IMG/VR virus record: IMGVR_UViG_3300035493_000198
Location: 1 to 30,550 of that record
Direction: 5' to 3' (one strand)
Length of the DNA stretch: 30,550 nucleotides
Source of the DNA: a virus
Taxonomy: Duplodnaviria; Caudoviricetes
The notes under the pieces were generated by a model. That model had not been told where the DNA came from, did not search any database, and saw only the letters and a program-made list of their open reading frames with translations. Below, one piece after another: positions 9,234 through 18,080 of the stretch (position 1 is the stretch's first letter; the number at the start of each line of letters is the position of its first letter). The position numbers and the translations under genes were made by a program.

Positions 9234-12200
9234 AGGGCGGTACTCCGTGCATTTTCAAGGGCTCGAATCAGGTGGTCCTCATCACCGGCTAGCACCCGCA
9301 CGGTGCGGCCGCCGAGGTTTACATTCACGGTTTTGACAGTTTCGGTGCGAGCCTGGGAGGTGGTCGGCTGGCTCAGCTCCCGCTGGGCCCGCTGCCTTTC
9401 AATCTCCGCCAGCTGCTGCTCACGCGCCCGATCGGCGGCCTCTTTCTCGCGGGCGTTTTCGGCTTCTTTCCGGTTCCGCTGCTCAATGCGGTAGATCTCC
9501 TCGAGGGTATCCAGCGATTTTTGATAGTCTGCAGCTGCCTCATCGGCACCAGCCTGCTGAGCCAATTTCAGTTGCTCTTGCAGGCGCTGCCGTTCGGTTT
9601 CGTACTGGATGCGCTGAGCTTCTTCGGTGTCACCACGGATATCGGCCAACCGCTGTTGCAGGCTGCTCAGGGTGTTGTCTGCTGTGGCAGTGAGGGATTC
9701 CAGCTTCTGCTTGGCCGCATCGATCGCGCCCTGCAGGCCGTTCAGGCGCTGGTCGTCCAGCAGGTCAAAGCGGTTGGCGGCGGTTTCGCTCATCCGGTTG
9801 AGCTGGTCCATGCTGAATGTGCCGCCTTCGATCTTTTCCTGCAGGTTTTCCATGGCCACTGCCTGGGCCCAGAACTGCTTTTCGACCTCGGATGCGGCCA
9901 GAGCCGTGTCGGCGAACCAAGCGGCAAAGCTGTTACTCATCAGGCGCCGGCGAGCGTTGGCTAGTTCCTCAGTTCGCTGGGTTGCACGTTCCAGCGACTC
10001 AGAAGCGGACTCGGCCTCATTAACGAAGGCATTGCCGCCGATCTTCATTTCGAAGAGGTTCCGGGCGGCGGTGGATAGGGCGGTTACCTGCTCACGGGCA
10101 TTGGAGATGGCCTTTGCGAAGGCGGCGCCAAAGGCAGAGCGGAACTTGTCGCGTGCTTCATCAGCGGCATCAGCGGCTTCTTTCGTTTTGTCGGCGACCT
10201 TTTTGGTCTCGTCGCCAGCATTTTTTATTGACGCCCCAGCCTCATCAAACCCGCTGCTGATCGACGACCCGGTGCCGCCCTGCTGTTGCTGCAGCTCTTT
10301 GAGCTCCTCTCTGAGCTGCCGAGTTGCCGCAGCCCCTTGAAGGGCTTTAATTCGGGCCTGGTCGCCAGTAGCAATCACTGCTTTGGCATATGCTTGGAAG
10401 GCTTCTGATATCTCCCTCTGGGTCGCTTCTCCGCTGTTCTGGATGGCCAAGAATGCATCCTCAGCCTTGTCAGCCGCACTTTCCAGCTCCTGCTGAGTCG
10501 TAACCCCCAGATCCTTGTATGCCTTTTCTAGTCGTTGCGCCTTCTCTGCGGCTGACTCAATCTCATCTCCCGCTTCCTCTGCCTTTTCTCCGAGGCCCAG
10601 CAACTCATCCCCAGTCTTTCGGGTCTGATCCTCTACGTCCTTGAGTTTCTTCTCGGCAGGCTCAAATGCAGTAATAACACCCTTGCCGGCTTCCCATGCC
10701 TTCTTTCCGTATTCGACAGTCTGCCGGCCCAGATCAATCGTAGTCGCCCGGGCTGCCTCTGCCTTGGCTCTGATGTTGCTGTAGGCCTCATCACTAACCA
10801 CGCCGATCTTGTTCAGTACAAAGGTCAGCCCCTGGGCAGCACTCATCAGGTTTGCAAAACCAGCCGAGACTATGGTCAGGAAACCCGCGACAACCGCCTG
10901 GATGCCACGAAATGCAGCAACCACACCGCTGGCCCCTGACTTAACAGTGCTCCAAACCGTATCGAAACCAGCAGAGATTGCGTCTGTGTTTGACAGCAGG
11001 CTGGTGGCTAGATCTTCGCCCCACTGGATCAGCCCTTTGAACATGTCCACCAGCTTCTGGCCAGCTTCGGACTGATCAAACAGCTCCATCACCCGGCGGG
11101 TGGCGTCCCCAACCACCGGCGCCAGTTCGGCACCGATGCGGCGGGTCAGGCCCTGAATCTTGGTGTTGATCTCGTTGTATACATCGTTCGCGCGGTTGAG
11201 CTTGTCGAGCTCCTCCTCGGAATAGATCGCCCCGGCCTGAGACGCTTCCTCGGCAATGGCACGCAACCCCGCGGCGTTGTCCTCCAGCAGCGGCATCAGC
11301 TTTTCGGCGTCTGAACCAAGGGTGCGCAGCACCGCGACCTGCTCACCCTTTGGCAAGGTCTCAATGGCGCCCGCCAGTTTGATCAGCTGCTGATCTGGGG
11401 CCAGCTGCTCAAACTCTTTGATGTCCATGTTCAGGGCATCGAATACCTGAGCCGCGCGGCCAGACCCCGTTGCAGATAACCGGCCCAGTCGTTCAGTGAT
11501 GCTTGTGAGGGTTTTGGCTACACCGTCACCGGAGACGCCCACCCGTTCAGCAGCGATTTGCCAAACCTGCAGGGCTTCGCGGTTCACGCCGATAGCGTTT
11601 GAGGTGTTGGTCAGGTTATCTGCAACAGCCGCCTGGCTCTTCGAAAAGATTGTCAGCGTGGCAACAGATGCACCCACGCCCGCAATCAGTCCAGCTGCTG
11701 CAGTGGCGACAACCTTGATACCGCTGCCCAGCTTGCTCAGCAGACCGGTGGATTTCTCCGCCTCTTCCCCGAGTTCTTTGGTACCTTTGGCGGCTTTCTC
11801 CGCTCCGTCGCCAGCGCCATCGGCAGAGTCCTTTACCTCACGGAGTTCGTTCGCCATTTCGGAGGCCTGGGAGTTAACACCCTCGATCTCTTTGTTGATC
11901 CGGACCTGCTCGCCGGCGAGATCTTTGGTGCTGATGCCAGCTTCATCCAGGGCACCGCGTAGCTCATTTAACTGACGGTTATTGGAGATCCAGGCTTCGT
12001 CCGCGCTTTGGGCGGCCTTCTTGGCTCGTTCGAATTCTTGGGCTTGCGCCCGGGTGGGTTCTTCGGTTTGAGCAAGCGCTTTGCCGAGCTCGGTGGCTCG
12101 GGCTCTCGCGGCCTGCTGCTGTTCGGCTAGCTCTTTGGTTTCGCGTTTGAGTTCGGCGAACTGAGTAACGAGCCCCTGCTGTTCCCGGAGCTCGGTCAGG

Positions 12201-12394
12201 CGGCCCGCCAGCGCCTGCATTTCTTCTGAGGTCTTCCCCAGGCCCTCGCGCAGGGCGGCGGAGTTGTCGGGTAGCTCCACACGGCCGGATTTTTCCAGCT
12301 CTTGCAGATCGCTGATCAGGCCCTCTACGTTCTTGAGCCCATCGACGGCTGCAGAAATCAGCAGGTTGACGCGTTCGTCATTTCCTCCGGCCAT
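9230..12394 (-). CDS. Tail tape measure protein
   Basis: 1054 aa, Ala/Glu/Gln-rich helical protein with hydrophobic patches; position after tail tube; GGGGAGG RBS. Confidence 0.9.
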   Translation of the reverse strand: MAGGNDERVNLLISAAVDGLKNVEGLISDLQELEKSGRVELPDNSAALREGLGKTSEEMQALAGRLTELREQQGLVTQFAELKRETKELAEQQQAARARATELGKALAQTEEPTRAQAQEFERAKKAAQSADEAWISNNRQLNELRGALDEAGISTKDLAGEQVRINKEIEGVNSQASEMANELREVKDSADGAGDGAEKAAKGTKELGEEAEKSTGLLSKLGSGIKVVATAAAGLIAGVGASVATLTIFSKSQAAVADNLTNTSNAIGVNREALQVWQIAAERVGVSGDGVAKTLTSITERLGRLSATGSGRAAQVFDALNMDIKEFEQLAPDQQLIKLAGAIETLPKGEQVAVLRTLGSDAEKLMPLLEDNAAGLRAIAEEASQAGAIYSEEELDKLNRANDVYNEINTKIQGLTRRIGAELAPVVGDATRRVMELFDQSEAGQKLVDMFKGLIQWGEDLATSLLSNTDAISAGFDTVWSTVKSGASGVVAAFRGIQAVVAGFLTIVSAGFANLMSAAQGLTFVLNKIGVVSDEAYSNIRAKAEAARATTIDLGRQTVEYGKKAWEAGKGVITAFEPAEKKLKDVEDQTRKTGDELLGLGEKAEEAGDEIESAAEKAQRLEKAYKDLGVTTQQELESAADKAEDAFLAIQNSGEATQREISEAFQAYAKAVIATGDQARIKALQGAAATRQLREELKELQQQQGGTGSSISSGFDEAGASIKNAGDETKKVADKTKEAADAADEARDKFRSAFGAAFAKAISNAREQVTALSTAARNLFEMKIGGNAFVNEAESASESLERATQRTEELANARRRLMSNSFAAWFADTALAASEVEKQFWAQAVAMENLQEKIEGGTFSMDQLNRMSETAANRFDLLDDQRLNGLQGAIDAAKQKLESLTATADNTLSSLQQRLADIRGDTEEAQRIQYETERQRLQEQLKLAQQAGADEAAADYQKSLDTLEEIYRIEQRNRKEAENAREKEAADRAREQQLAEIERQRAQRELSQPTTSQARTETVKTVNVNLGGRTVRVLAGDEDHLIRALENARSTAL

Positions 12395-12415
12395 GTGGTT
12401 TCATTACCTCCCCGC

Positions 12416-13348
12416 TTAGATCATCGCCATTTCGACGAATTTGCTCAGGCCTGCGCCGGTGCGACCTTCGTCCGCCAGCACGGTGCCGGACAGAGTCAGC
12501 TCGGCGAAGTCGTCGCCACCGTGACGCTGGAAGCCCGAAGTGGGGGAGAGCTTCACCCGGAAGTACGTTGCGTGCAGCGGGTTACCGCTATCAACAGAGT
12601 TGAGGCCTTCCCAGCGCAGCTCGAACAACTGTTGCGAGGCCGCCAGCGCCTGAATCAGGTACTGAGGGTTGCGCTCGTAGCTGACAGACAGCGGAATCAT
12701 GGCCTCCATATCTGGATAAGCGATGTTGGCCGGCTCATCTTTGATGCGGATGCCGTGCGGAGTGCGGTCGTAATCCTGATCGGCAGCCAGGGCGGCTGCG
12801 CCAATGTGCTGCCAGGTCACATCACCATCGGTGACAGTGCCGTTCGCAGTCGGCCATGTGGGTTCAGTGGCACCGGTAGTGCCGCCAGTCGTCGCCAAAT
12901 AGGCGTTGGTGGCATCTACCAAAACCGCGCCAGCGGCAACCTCGGTTTCAGAGCTCCACTCGGTGTCGCCAGCGATTGCGACAGTAACTGTCTGATCAGG
13001 ATCTGGCAGATAGCGAAAGCCAATCCGGGTGCCAGACCAGGACTCGACAATCTCATCAGAGATGGACTGCGCGCCAATCTGCTCAATGTTTGCCAGGAAG
13101 CCCGCCGCGATGTTGCGCGGAGTGATGTCGTTACAGGTGGCTTCGAAGGTAAAGGACGTTACGTTTTCATCAACGTCCAGCTCGCCGCCAGCTGCCGTGG
13201 TGTAGTCCTGTCGGGACTGACGATCCACTTCAATGGATTCCGTGAAGCCGGTGACGTTACCCAGCTCAAATGGACGGCCCCCGCCAATCGGCTTGAGGAT
13301 GAAACGGCCGCGGCCTTTGTAACCGCGTGTGGTTGATTGCAAGGACAT
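12416..13348 (-). CDS. Major tail tube protein with inserted small CBM-like domain
   Basis: 310 aa; FELGNVTGF...ELTLSGTVLAD tube-like motifs; internal TGATEPTWPT...VTDGDVTW module. Confidence 0.8.
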   Translation of the reverse strand: MSLQSTTRGYKGRGRFILKPIGGGRPFELGNVTGFTESIEVDRQSRQDYTTAAGGELDVDENVTSFTFEATCNDITPRNIAAGFLANIEQIGAQSISDEIVESWSGTRIGFRYLPDPDQTVTVAIAGDTEWSSETEVAAGAVLVDATNAYLATTGGTTGATEPTWPTANGTVTDGDVTWQHIGAAALAADQDYDRTPHGIRIKDEPANIAYPDMEAMIPLSVSYERNPQYLIQALAASQQLFELRWEGLNSVDSGNPLHATYFRVKLSPTSGFQRHGGDDFAELTLSGTVLADEGRTGAGLSKFVEMAMI

Positions 13349-13352
13349 GGCA

Positions 13353-13811
13353 TTACCCCTCGTTTTTGGTCAGCGGGTAGCTGATGGTGATGGTGTGCGT
13401 GACACCAGCGGTGTTTGATCCTGATTCCGGGTGGATGTAGTCGCCACCGGAGATCGATACATTGGTAGTGTTCGGCAGTGCATCCATGGCCAGCAGAGAT
13501 GCCAGGGCCATGGTGATGTCTTCGTCCAGCTCGTCCAGCTCTGGCTCGTAGTCCCGATCGTTGGCGTCAACCATGCCGGTGACCAGCACCTCCCGGGACT
13601 TCATGACCGTTTTGGGCTTGGCGGCGCCTGGGGCGTTGGAGGATGTGCTGACAGAGATTAGAGGCAGATCATCCTGGTTGATCCGCAACGACTCTGGCCG
13701 GCCCCGGGTTACTTTGTTTCCAGCACTGGTATGGAAGCCATTTTCTGGCCGGATTCGCTCCAGCTCCTCGATGATTCGGTTAACCAGGGCGGTGCCTTTG
13801 GCTGCCATCAA
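13353..13811 (-). CDS. Tail terminator (gpU-like)
   Basis: 152 aa acidic protein between the gpZ-like gene and the tube gene. Confidence 0.65.
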   Translation of the reverse strand: MMAAKGTALVNRIIEELERIRPENGFHTSAGNKVTRGRPESLRINQDDLPLISVSTSSNAPGAAKPKTVMKSREVLVTGMVDANDRDYEPELDELDEDITMALASLLAMDALPNTTNVSISGGDYIHPESGSNTAGVTHTITISYPLTKNEG

Positions 13812-14416
13812 CGGGCCTCCTTCTGCATCGCGTAGTTGAGCTGGGCCCGATACTCTTTCGCCAGCTCTTTGCTGATCTCGGGCTTGAGTTCGCGCCGGAC
13901 ACCACGGAACACCTGGTCAACCGAAGGGCCGTAAAGGTGTTCGATGTCGCCACGGCCGGATCCTGTGCGAACGAATACGCCCATTACGCCGGAGTTCTTC
14001 AGCGGTAGCAGGAATGCCCCTCGCATTTTCTTGCGGCTGCTGCGCCGGGAAACAGACACAGAAACGCCGGCCTGTTTCTTACCTGATGCAATGCCCCGGA
14101 GCTGATCGCCACGGGCACCGCTGGCTGCGCGGGCCAGCTGCTTGGCTCCGTAACGTGCAAGGCGGGTAGGGCGCTTGCGGCCAGAGATCACTGCCTCAGG
14201 GCGCTGCTCTGTGGCCTTCTGGGTGATGGTCAGATTCTCGTTCACATAAGCGGCCGGCAGCCGGACCTGGCCCCTGATAGCTTTGCTTGCAGCGGTTCTG
14301 AACTTCGAGGTCACCCGATTTACAGCGCGAAACTGAGCCTTTTCTGCAGCCTTGATGGTGCCCTGAACAAATTTTCGGGCTTGGGAAAACTGACGCTTGT
14401 CGATGGACAGACTCAT
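13808..14416 (-). CDS. Tail completion protein (lambda gpZ-like)
   Basis: 202 aa, very basic; LYGPSVDQVF motif; synteny. Confidence 0.75.
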   Translation of the reverse strand: MSLSIDKRQFSQARKFVQGTIKAAEKAQFRAVNRVTSKFRTAASKAIRGQVRLPAAYVNENLTITQKATEQRPEAVISGRKRPTRLARYGAKQLARAASGARGDQLRGIASGKKQAGVSVSVSRRSSRKKMRGAFLLPLKNSGVMGVFVRTGSGRGDIEHLYGPSVDQVFRGVRRELKPEISKELAKEYRAQLNYAMQKEAR

Positions 14417-14697
14417 CTCAGCACCACCTTGGCCATCGCGTCGTCTTTGACGGCCATCAGTTGATCGACTTTGTAGGTCTTATCCCGGATAACCACCGGC
14501 TGGCCTTGCTGGATTACCGGCACCTCGTCAGGAAGCACGGATACTGTGGTACGGCTCTCGACCACTGGGTCATATGCCCCAAGCTCGACCAGCTCATTTG
14601 CCACGATGCCCCGGGCGGGCTGGCCTGCGAATGTGATGTCTTCGCCGAACATATCCATACAGACTTCGGCGGTTTCCCGGGCCAGATCAATTGCCAT
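14413..14697 (-). CDS. Head-tail joining protein (gpFII-like)
   Basis: 94 aa beta-rich protein; synteny. Confidence 0.65.
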   Translation of the reverse strand: MAIDLARETAEVCMDMFGEDITFAGQPARGIVANELVELGAYDPVVESRTTVSVLPDEVPVIQQGQPVVIRDKTYKVDQLMAVKDDAMAKVVLR

Positions 14698-15142
14698 TGC
14701 TGCGGCCCTCGTGTTGATAAGAGCCGACCGATACGTGGCTTGGCGATTCAGGCCGAACGCGATCTAAGATGTTGCCTGCATTGCTAAGGGCTCCAATCAG
14801 GATCCCAGCCAATACGATTGCTTTCACCGCAGTACGAAGCTGCGCATTGGTGTTGGACTGTTCGACGCGGATCGCGTGCAGCTCCTGCATTTGAGCAATT
14901 CGGTGAGTTTCCTGGGCGGCAATGAGGTCGTCGAAGCGCTCGGAGAGCTCCTCCACGTCTGCACTCAAGCGACTGAAAGACTTTTCCAGGGAGCGGTGGT
15001 TGGCATTCATCTCGCTGATCAAAGTACCGTGCTTGGTCACCTCTGGCTTGATCCACTCAATGGACTCAGCCCGGTGTTCAAGTGTGTGTACTTTTTGCTC
15101 AAGCTTTCCCACCCGTTCATGCACTCGGTAGTTCTCCGCCAT
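14687..15142 (-). CDS. Coiled-coil protein with C-terminal TM helix (XhlA/holin-like candidate)
   Basis: Start at ATG 15142 with GGAG RBS; heptad pattern followed by AIVLAGILIGAL; directly after the endolysin gene. Confidence 0.5.
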   Translation of the reverse strand: MAENYRVHERVGKLEQKVHTLEHRAESIEWIKPEVTKHGTLISEMNANHRSLEKSFSRLSADVEELSERFDDLIAAQETHRIAQMQELHAIRVEQSNTNAQLRTAVKAIVLAGILIGALSNAGNILDRVRPESPSHVSVGSYQHEGRSNGN

Positions 15143-15187
15143 GATCAGCTCTCCGGACACGCGCAAACTCCCCTTTGCCGTTATTCA

Positions 15188-15574
15188 TTAGTAACTCCAC
15201 GCCCATGGGCGAGGGCGGTCAGGCTCATGCGGCAGATCGTCAAGATGTATGAATCGAGAGCTCCCTTTCTGGTTAACGCCTACGCCAGTGAATCCGTGCT
15301 TTACTGCCAAAGCTATAAGCTCAAGTGCATCACCGCCGTGAACAGAAACATCGCACGCGCGTCCAGTGGTGTGCGGCCCGGGTTGTAACTTTGCAGCTTC
15401 GATCGGGTGCGAGTCATGCCGATACCCGCTGCTGATCACCATCGGTTTGCCGAAGTCAGTGCGCAGCCCCTGTAGCCGCTCCATGAAGCCCGCTTCCATG
15501 CCGCTTTTTCCGGTGTGACGGCATGCGAACTCGGATGCTGTAAAGTTCGGGTATTTGTTCCAGTTGATGCTCAT
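15188..15574 (-). CDS. Peptidase M15A-family Zn peptidase, probable endolysin
   Basis: ISSGYR, H-x6-D (HTTGRACD) and FIHLD motifs; no signal peptide. Confidence 0.85.
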   Translation of the reverse strand: MSINWNKYPNFTASEFACRHTGKSGMEAGFMERLQGLRTDFGKPMVISSGYRHDSHPIEAAKLQPGPHTTGRACDVSVHGGDALELIALAVKHGFTGVGVNQKGSSRFIHLDDLPHEPDRPRPWAWSY

Positions 15575-15590
15575 GCTCCACCTTCCAGTA

Positions 15591-15633
15591 GCCTTTATTC
15601 AGCACCCTGCCGCAGCAGGGCGCTGTAAAAGGC
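15591..15633 (-). other. Intergenic stem-loop after the capsid/decoration genes
   Basis: CAGCGCCCTGC-TGCG-GCAGGGTGCTG with extended GCCTTT/AAAGGC arms; no clear U tract. Confidence 0.55.
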
Positions 15634-15639
15634 CACGGT

Positions 15640-15969
15640 TTAAGCGCTCAGGCGCACCTTGCCAGTTGCTGATGGGTTGGCAGCAGCTGCAGCTGCATGA
15701 CCGATCAGGGTGTTGGATCCGGATCCATCAGCTGTGGTTGCCGCAGTACCGTTCCAGTAAATGGCAGCACCTTCGGTCCAGGCTTGGGCCGATGTTTTCG
15801 GCAGCTCCCAGACGCCTGTGCACTGCCCCTCAAAGGGGGCGCCTTCAGGGGCGTCGTGCAGAGCAATGACGAAAAGGGCGCCGATTAGGCGGCCCGTGCC
15901 GGAGGTAACGCCGCCGGCAGGGGCGGTGAGGGTCAGAACCTGACCCGGCTGAATGAAGTTTGTAGCCAT
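15640..15969 (-). CDS. Capsid decoration/cement protein (DUF2190)
   Basis: MATNFIQPGQVLTLTAP...GVWELPK motif; directly after the capsid gene; AAGGAG RBS. Confidence 0.85.
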   Translation of the reverse strand: MATNFIQPGQVLTLTAPAGGVTSGTGRLIGALFVIALHDAPEGAPFEGQCTGVWELPKTSAQAWTEGAAIYWNGTAATTADGSGSNTLIGHAAAAAANPSATGKVRLSA

Positions 15970-15980
15970 GTCAGTTCTCC

Positions 15981-18002
15981 TTATGCGCCAGCGTTGTAAG
16001 CTGCACCGCGGTAGTCCAGCGCAGCCACACCGAAGTCATGGCGCACTTTGTACTTGGTGCCGTCTACGTCGAACCCTTGCTGCATCTCCAGATAGGGCTC
16101 TTGGTTTCCATCCAGGAACGCGACTTCGATAACCGGAGCCTCGGTCGCGGATGCGAAGGTGTAGTAGCCGGTACCTGTCAGGCGCGGGGTGTCGATCACG
16201 TCAGAGAACAAGCCGCGAACTTTGTTCGGGCGCTGCAGCTTGCCGCTGGTGTCTGGATCGTACTCAGCGCCGTTGATTACCCGAGCGGTGCCGCCAAGCC
16301 CCATCGGCACCAGCAGGTTGGAGGGGCGAATATCCAGGAAGTCATTGCCGCTGATGTCTTTCTGGCTGGCCATCAGAACACGCAGGGCTTCCAGGGATTC
16401 CACGGACAGAGCAGCTGCGGTGCCGATGTTCTTGTGATCGGCATGGAACAGGGGCTTGCCGTCATCCATGGTCGGGCCTTGGCCGCTATTCTCCGCCAGC
16501 AAGGCGTACACAGCAGCCTCGATGGTGCGGGCAGCTGCGCGGCCCAACATGTTAGACAGGCCGATGAACGCGCCCAGGTCATCATTTACAATCGCCTTAC
16601 GGGTCAGTGAGATGATGTTGCCGACGGTTTCGGCCTGGATGCTGGCCTTCTCACCGTCCGGGATGGCCTTGTACTTGTACTCGCCGTGCTCGTTCAGGCC
16701 GTCCAGATTGCCCAGGCTGCCCAAGCGGTAACGGTTGTGGGCGCGGAAGTCGCTCACGGAGCCGGTGGCGCAAAAGCGAGACCAGGTGTCAGAAGCTGAG
16801 GCATACGCCGTCTGCAGCGTTTTGTGCATGGCTTCTTCCAGAATGATCGGGAAGTCGCTGGTGCCCTGAGTGAAGGCGCTGGCCACGATCTTCATCTGGT
16901 CCATGCCGTTGGTGTTGGTGCCGGAGGCGACCAAGGAATCCTTCGCGATATCCAGCAATTTGTGGCCGCGGTAGGGGTTGTTGCGGTCAGCTTTAACGCC
17001 AGCAATGCCGGCTCGCGCCATAATGGCTTCAACCGCAGCGGCACGCTTAACGTCGCGCTCATCCTGTACCACAGTTACCCGGCCCTGAACTGGCTCAACA
17101 CCTTCCGCCAGCTTGGCCAAGATTTTCTCTCCTGCTTTTTCCGGAGTGACGGAGAAGTCATCCAGGCAAGCAGCTTTCAGTTCAGCAAGATCATCGCGAC
17201 CTTTGAACATATCGAATTTTGCGTTAATGCCCTCGCGGCGAGCAGTTTCTTCCTGCTGCAGCTTGGCGCGGATTTCGGCCTCAGTAGGGACCTTAGCCTG
17301 CGGCTCAACCGCTGGCTTCTTTACGGGATCAGGCATAGCTGGTTCCTCAGTTTCGAGTGCGGCGGTTACCGCGGTTTGGGTTTGCTTTGCGAATTTTGGG
17401 AAGCGGGTCAGATCGAAGGTTCTTTCGATGCTTGCCGCGATAGGGAGCGCTTCGGTTACCTGATTGACGTAGCCTGCAGCTTCTGCCTCGGAGGCGGTGA
17501 ACCAGTGATCCTTTCCATCCTCCATGAGCGCCATGAACTCTTCGGCGGGCTTACCGGTGCCATCGGCGTAAGCTTCGGCCATCGCACTTGCGAACTTGTC
17601 CATGGTGTCGGCCATGTCGCGCATGTCCGTGGCGTTGCCCATGCTGAAGCCCCAAGGGGCGTGAATCATGAACAGCGCGTTGCTTGCCATATTGACGGTA
17701 TCGCCAGCCATAGCGATCAGGCTGGCGATGCTGGCCGCAATGCCGTCGATTTCAGTGGTTACTTTCGCGGGGTGGCGCTTGAGTGCGTTGTAAATGGCCA
17801 GGCCATCAGTGACTGATCCACCAGGAGAGTTGATGCGCAGGGTAATATCGGTGGAATCCAGCCCGGCCAGGTCTTTGACGAACTGCGCAGCCGTGGTGCT
17901 TTCGTCATCCCAGCTGTCGCCAATATCGCCGTAGATGAAAATCTCCACGGAGTTATCAGCGAGGGCCTTAATGGAGAAGGGGTTGTTCTTTGGTTGAGGC
18001 AT
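15981..18002 (-). CDS. ClpP-like prohead protease fused to major capsid protein
   Basis: INSPGG, AASIAS (Ser) and FMIHAP (His) S14 motifs; linker; C-terminal capsid region ending KVRHDFG. Confidence 0.92.
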   Translation of the reverse strand: MPQPKNNPFSIKALADNSVEIFIYGDIGDSWDDESTTAAQFVKDLAGLDSTDITLRINSPGGSVTDGLAIYNALKRHPAKVTTEIDGIAASIASLIAMAGDTVNMASNALFMIHAPWGFSMGNATDMRDMADTMDKFASAMAEAYADGTGKPAEEFMALMEDGKDHWFTASEAEAAGYVNQVTEALPIAASIERTFDLTRFPKFAKQTQTAVTAALETEEPAMPDPVKKPAVEPQAKVPTEAEIRAKLQQEETARREGINAKFDMFKGRDDLAELKAACLDDFSVTPEKAGEKILAKLAEGVEPVQGRVTVVQDERDVKRAAAVEAIMARAGIAGVKADRNNPYRGHKLLDIAKDSLVASGTNTNGMDQMKIVASAFTQGTSDFPIILEEAMHKTLQTAYASASDTWSRFCATGSVSDFRAHNRYRLGSLGNLDGLNEHGEYKYKAIPDGEKASIQAETVGNIISLTRKAIVNDDLGAFIGLSNMLGRAAARTIEAAVYALLAENSGQGPTMDDGKPLFHADHKNIGTAAALSVESLEALRVLMASQKDISGNDFLDIRPSNLLVPMGLGGTARVINGAEYDPDTSGKLQRPNKVRGLFSDVIDTPRLTGTGYYTFASATEAPVIEVAFLDGNQEPYLEMQQGFDVDGTKYKVRHDFGVAALDYRGAAYNAGA

Positions 18003-18049
18003 AACAGCACCCTTGGTTTTTGGATGCTGTCAGCCTCTCAAAGCACTTG

Positions 18050-18074
18050 CGACATTTTTAGCTGCGCAATGTCG
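18050..18074 (-). promoter_or_regulatory. Dyad CGACATT-N11-AATGTCG, putative Mor-family activator site upstream of the capsid gene
   Basis: Perfect 7-bp arms in the portal-capsid intergenic gap; related copy at 19855-19877. Confidence 0.6.
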
Positions 18075-18080
18075 TTATTT

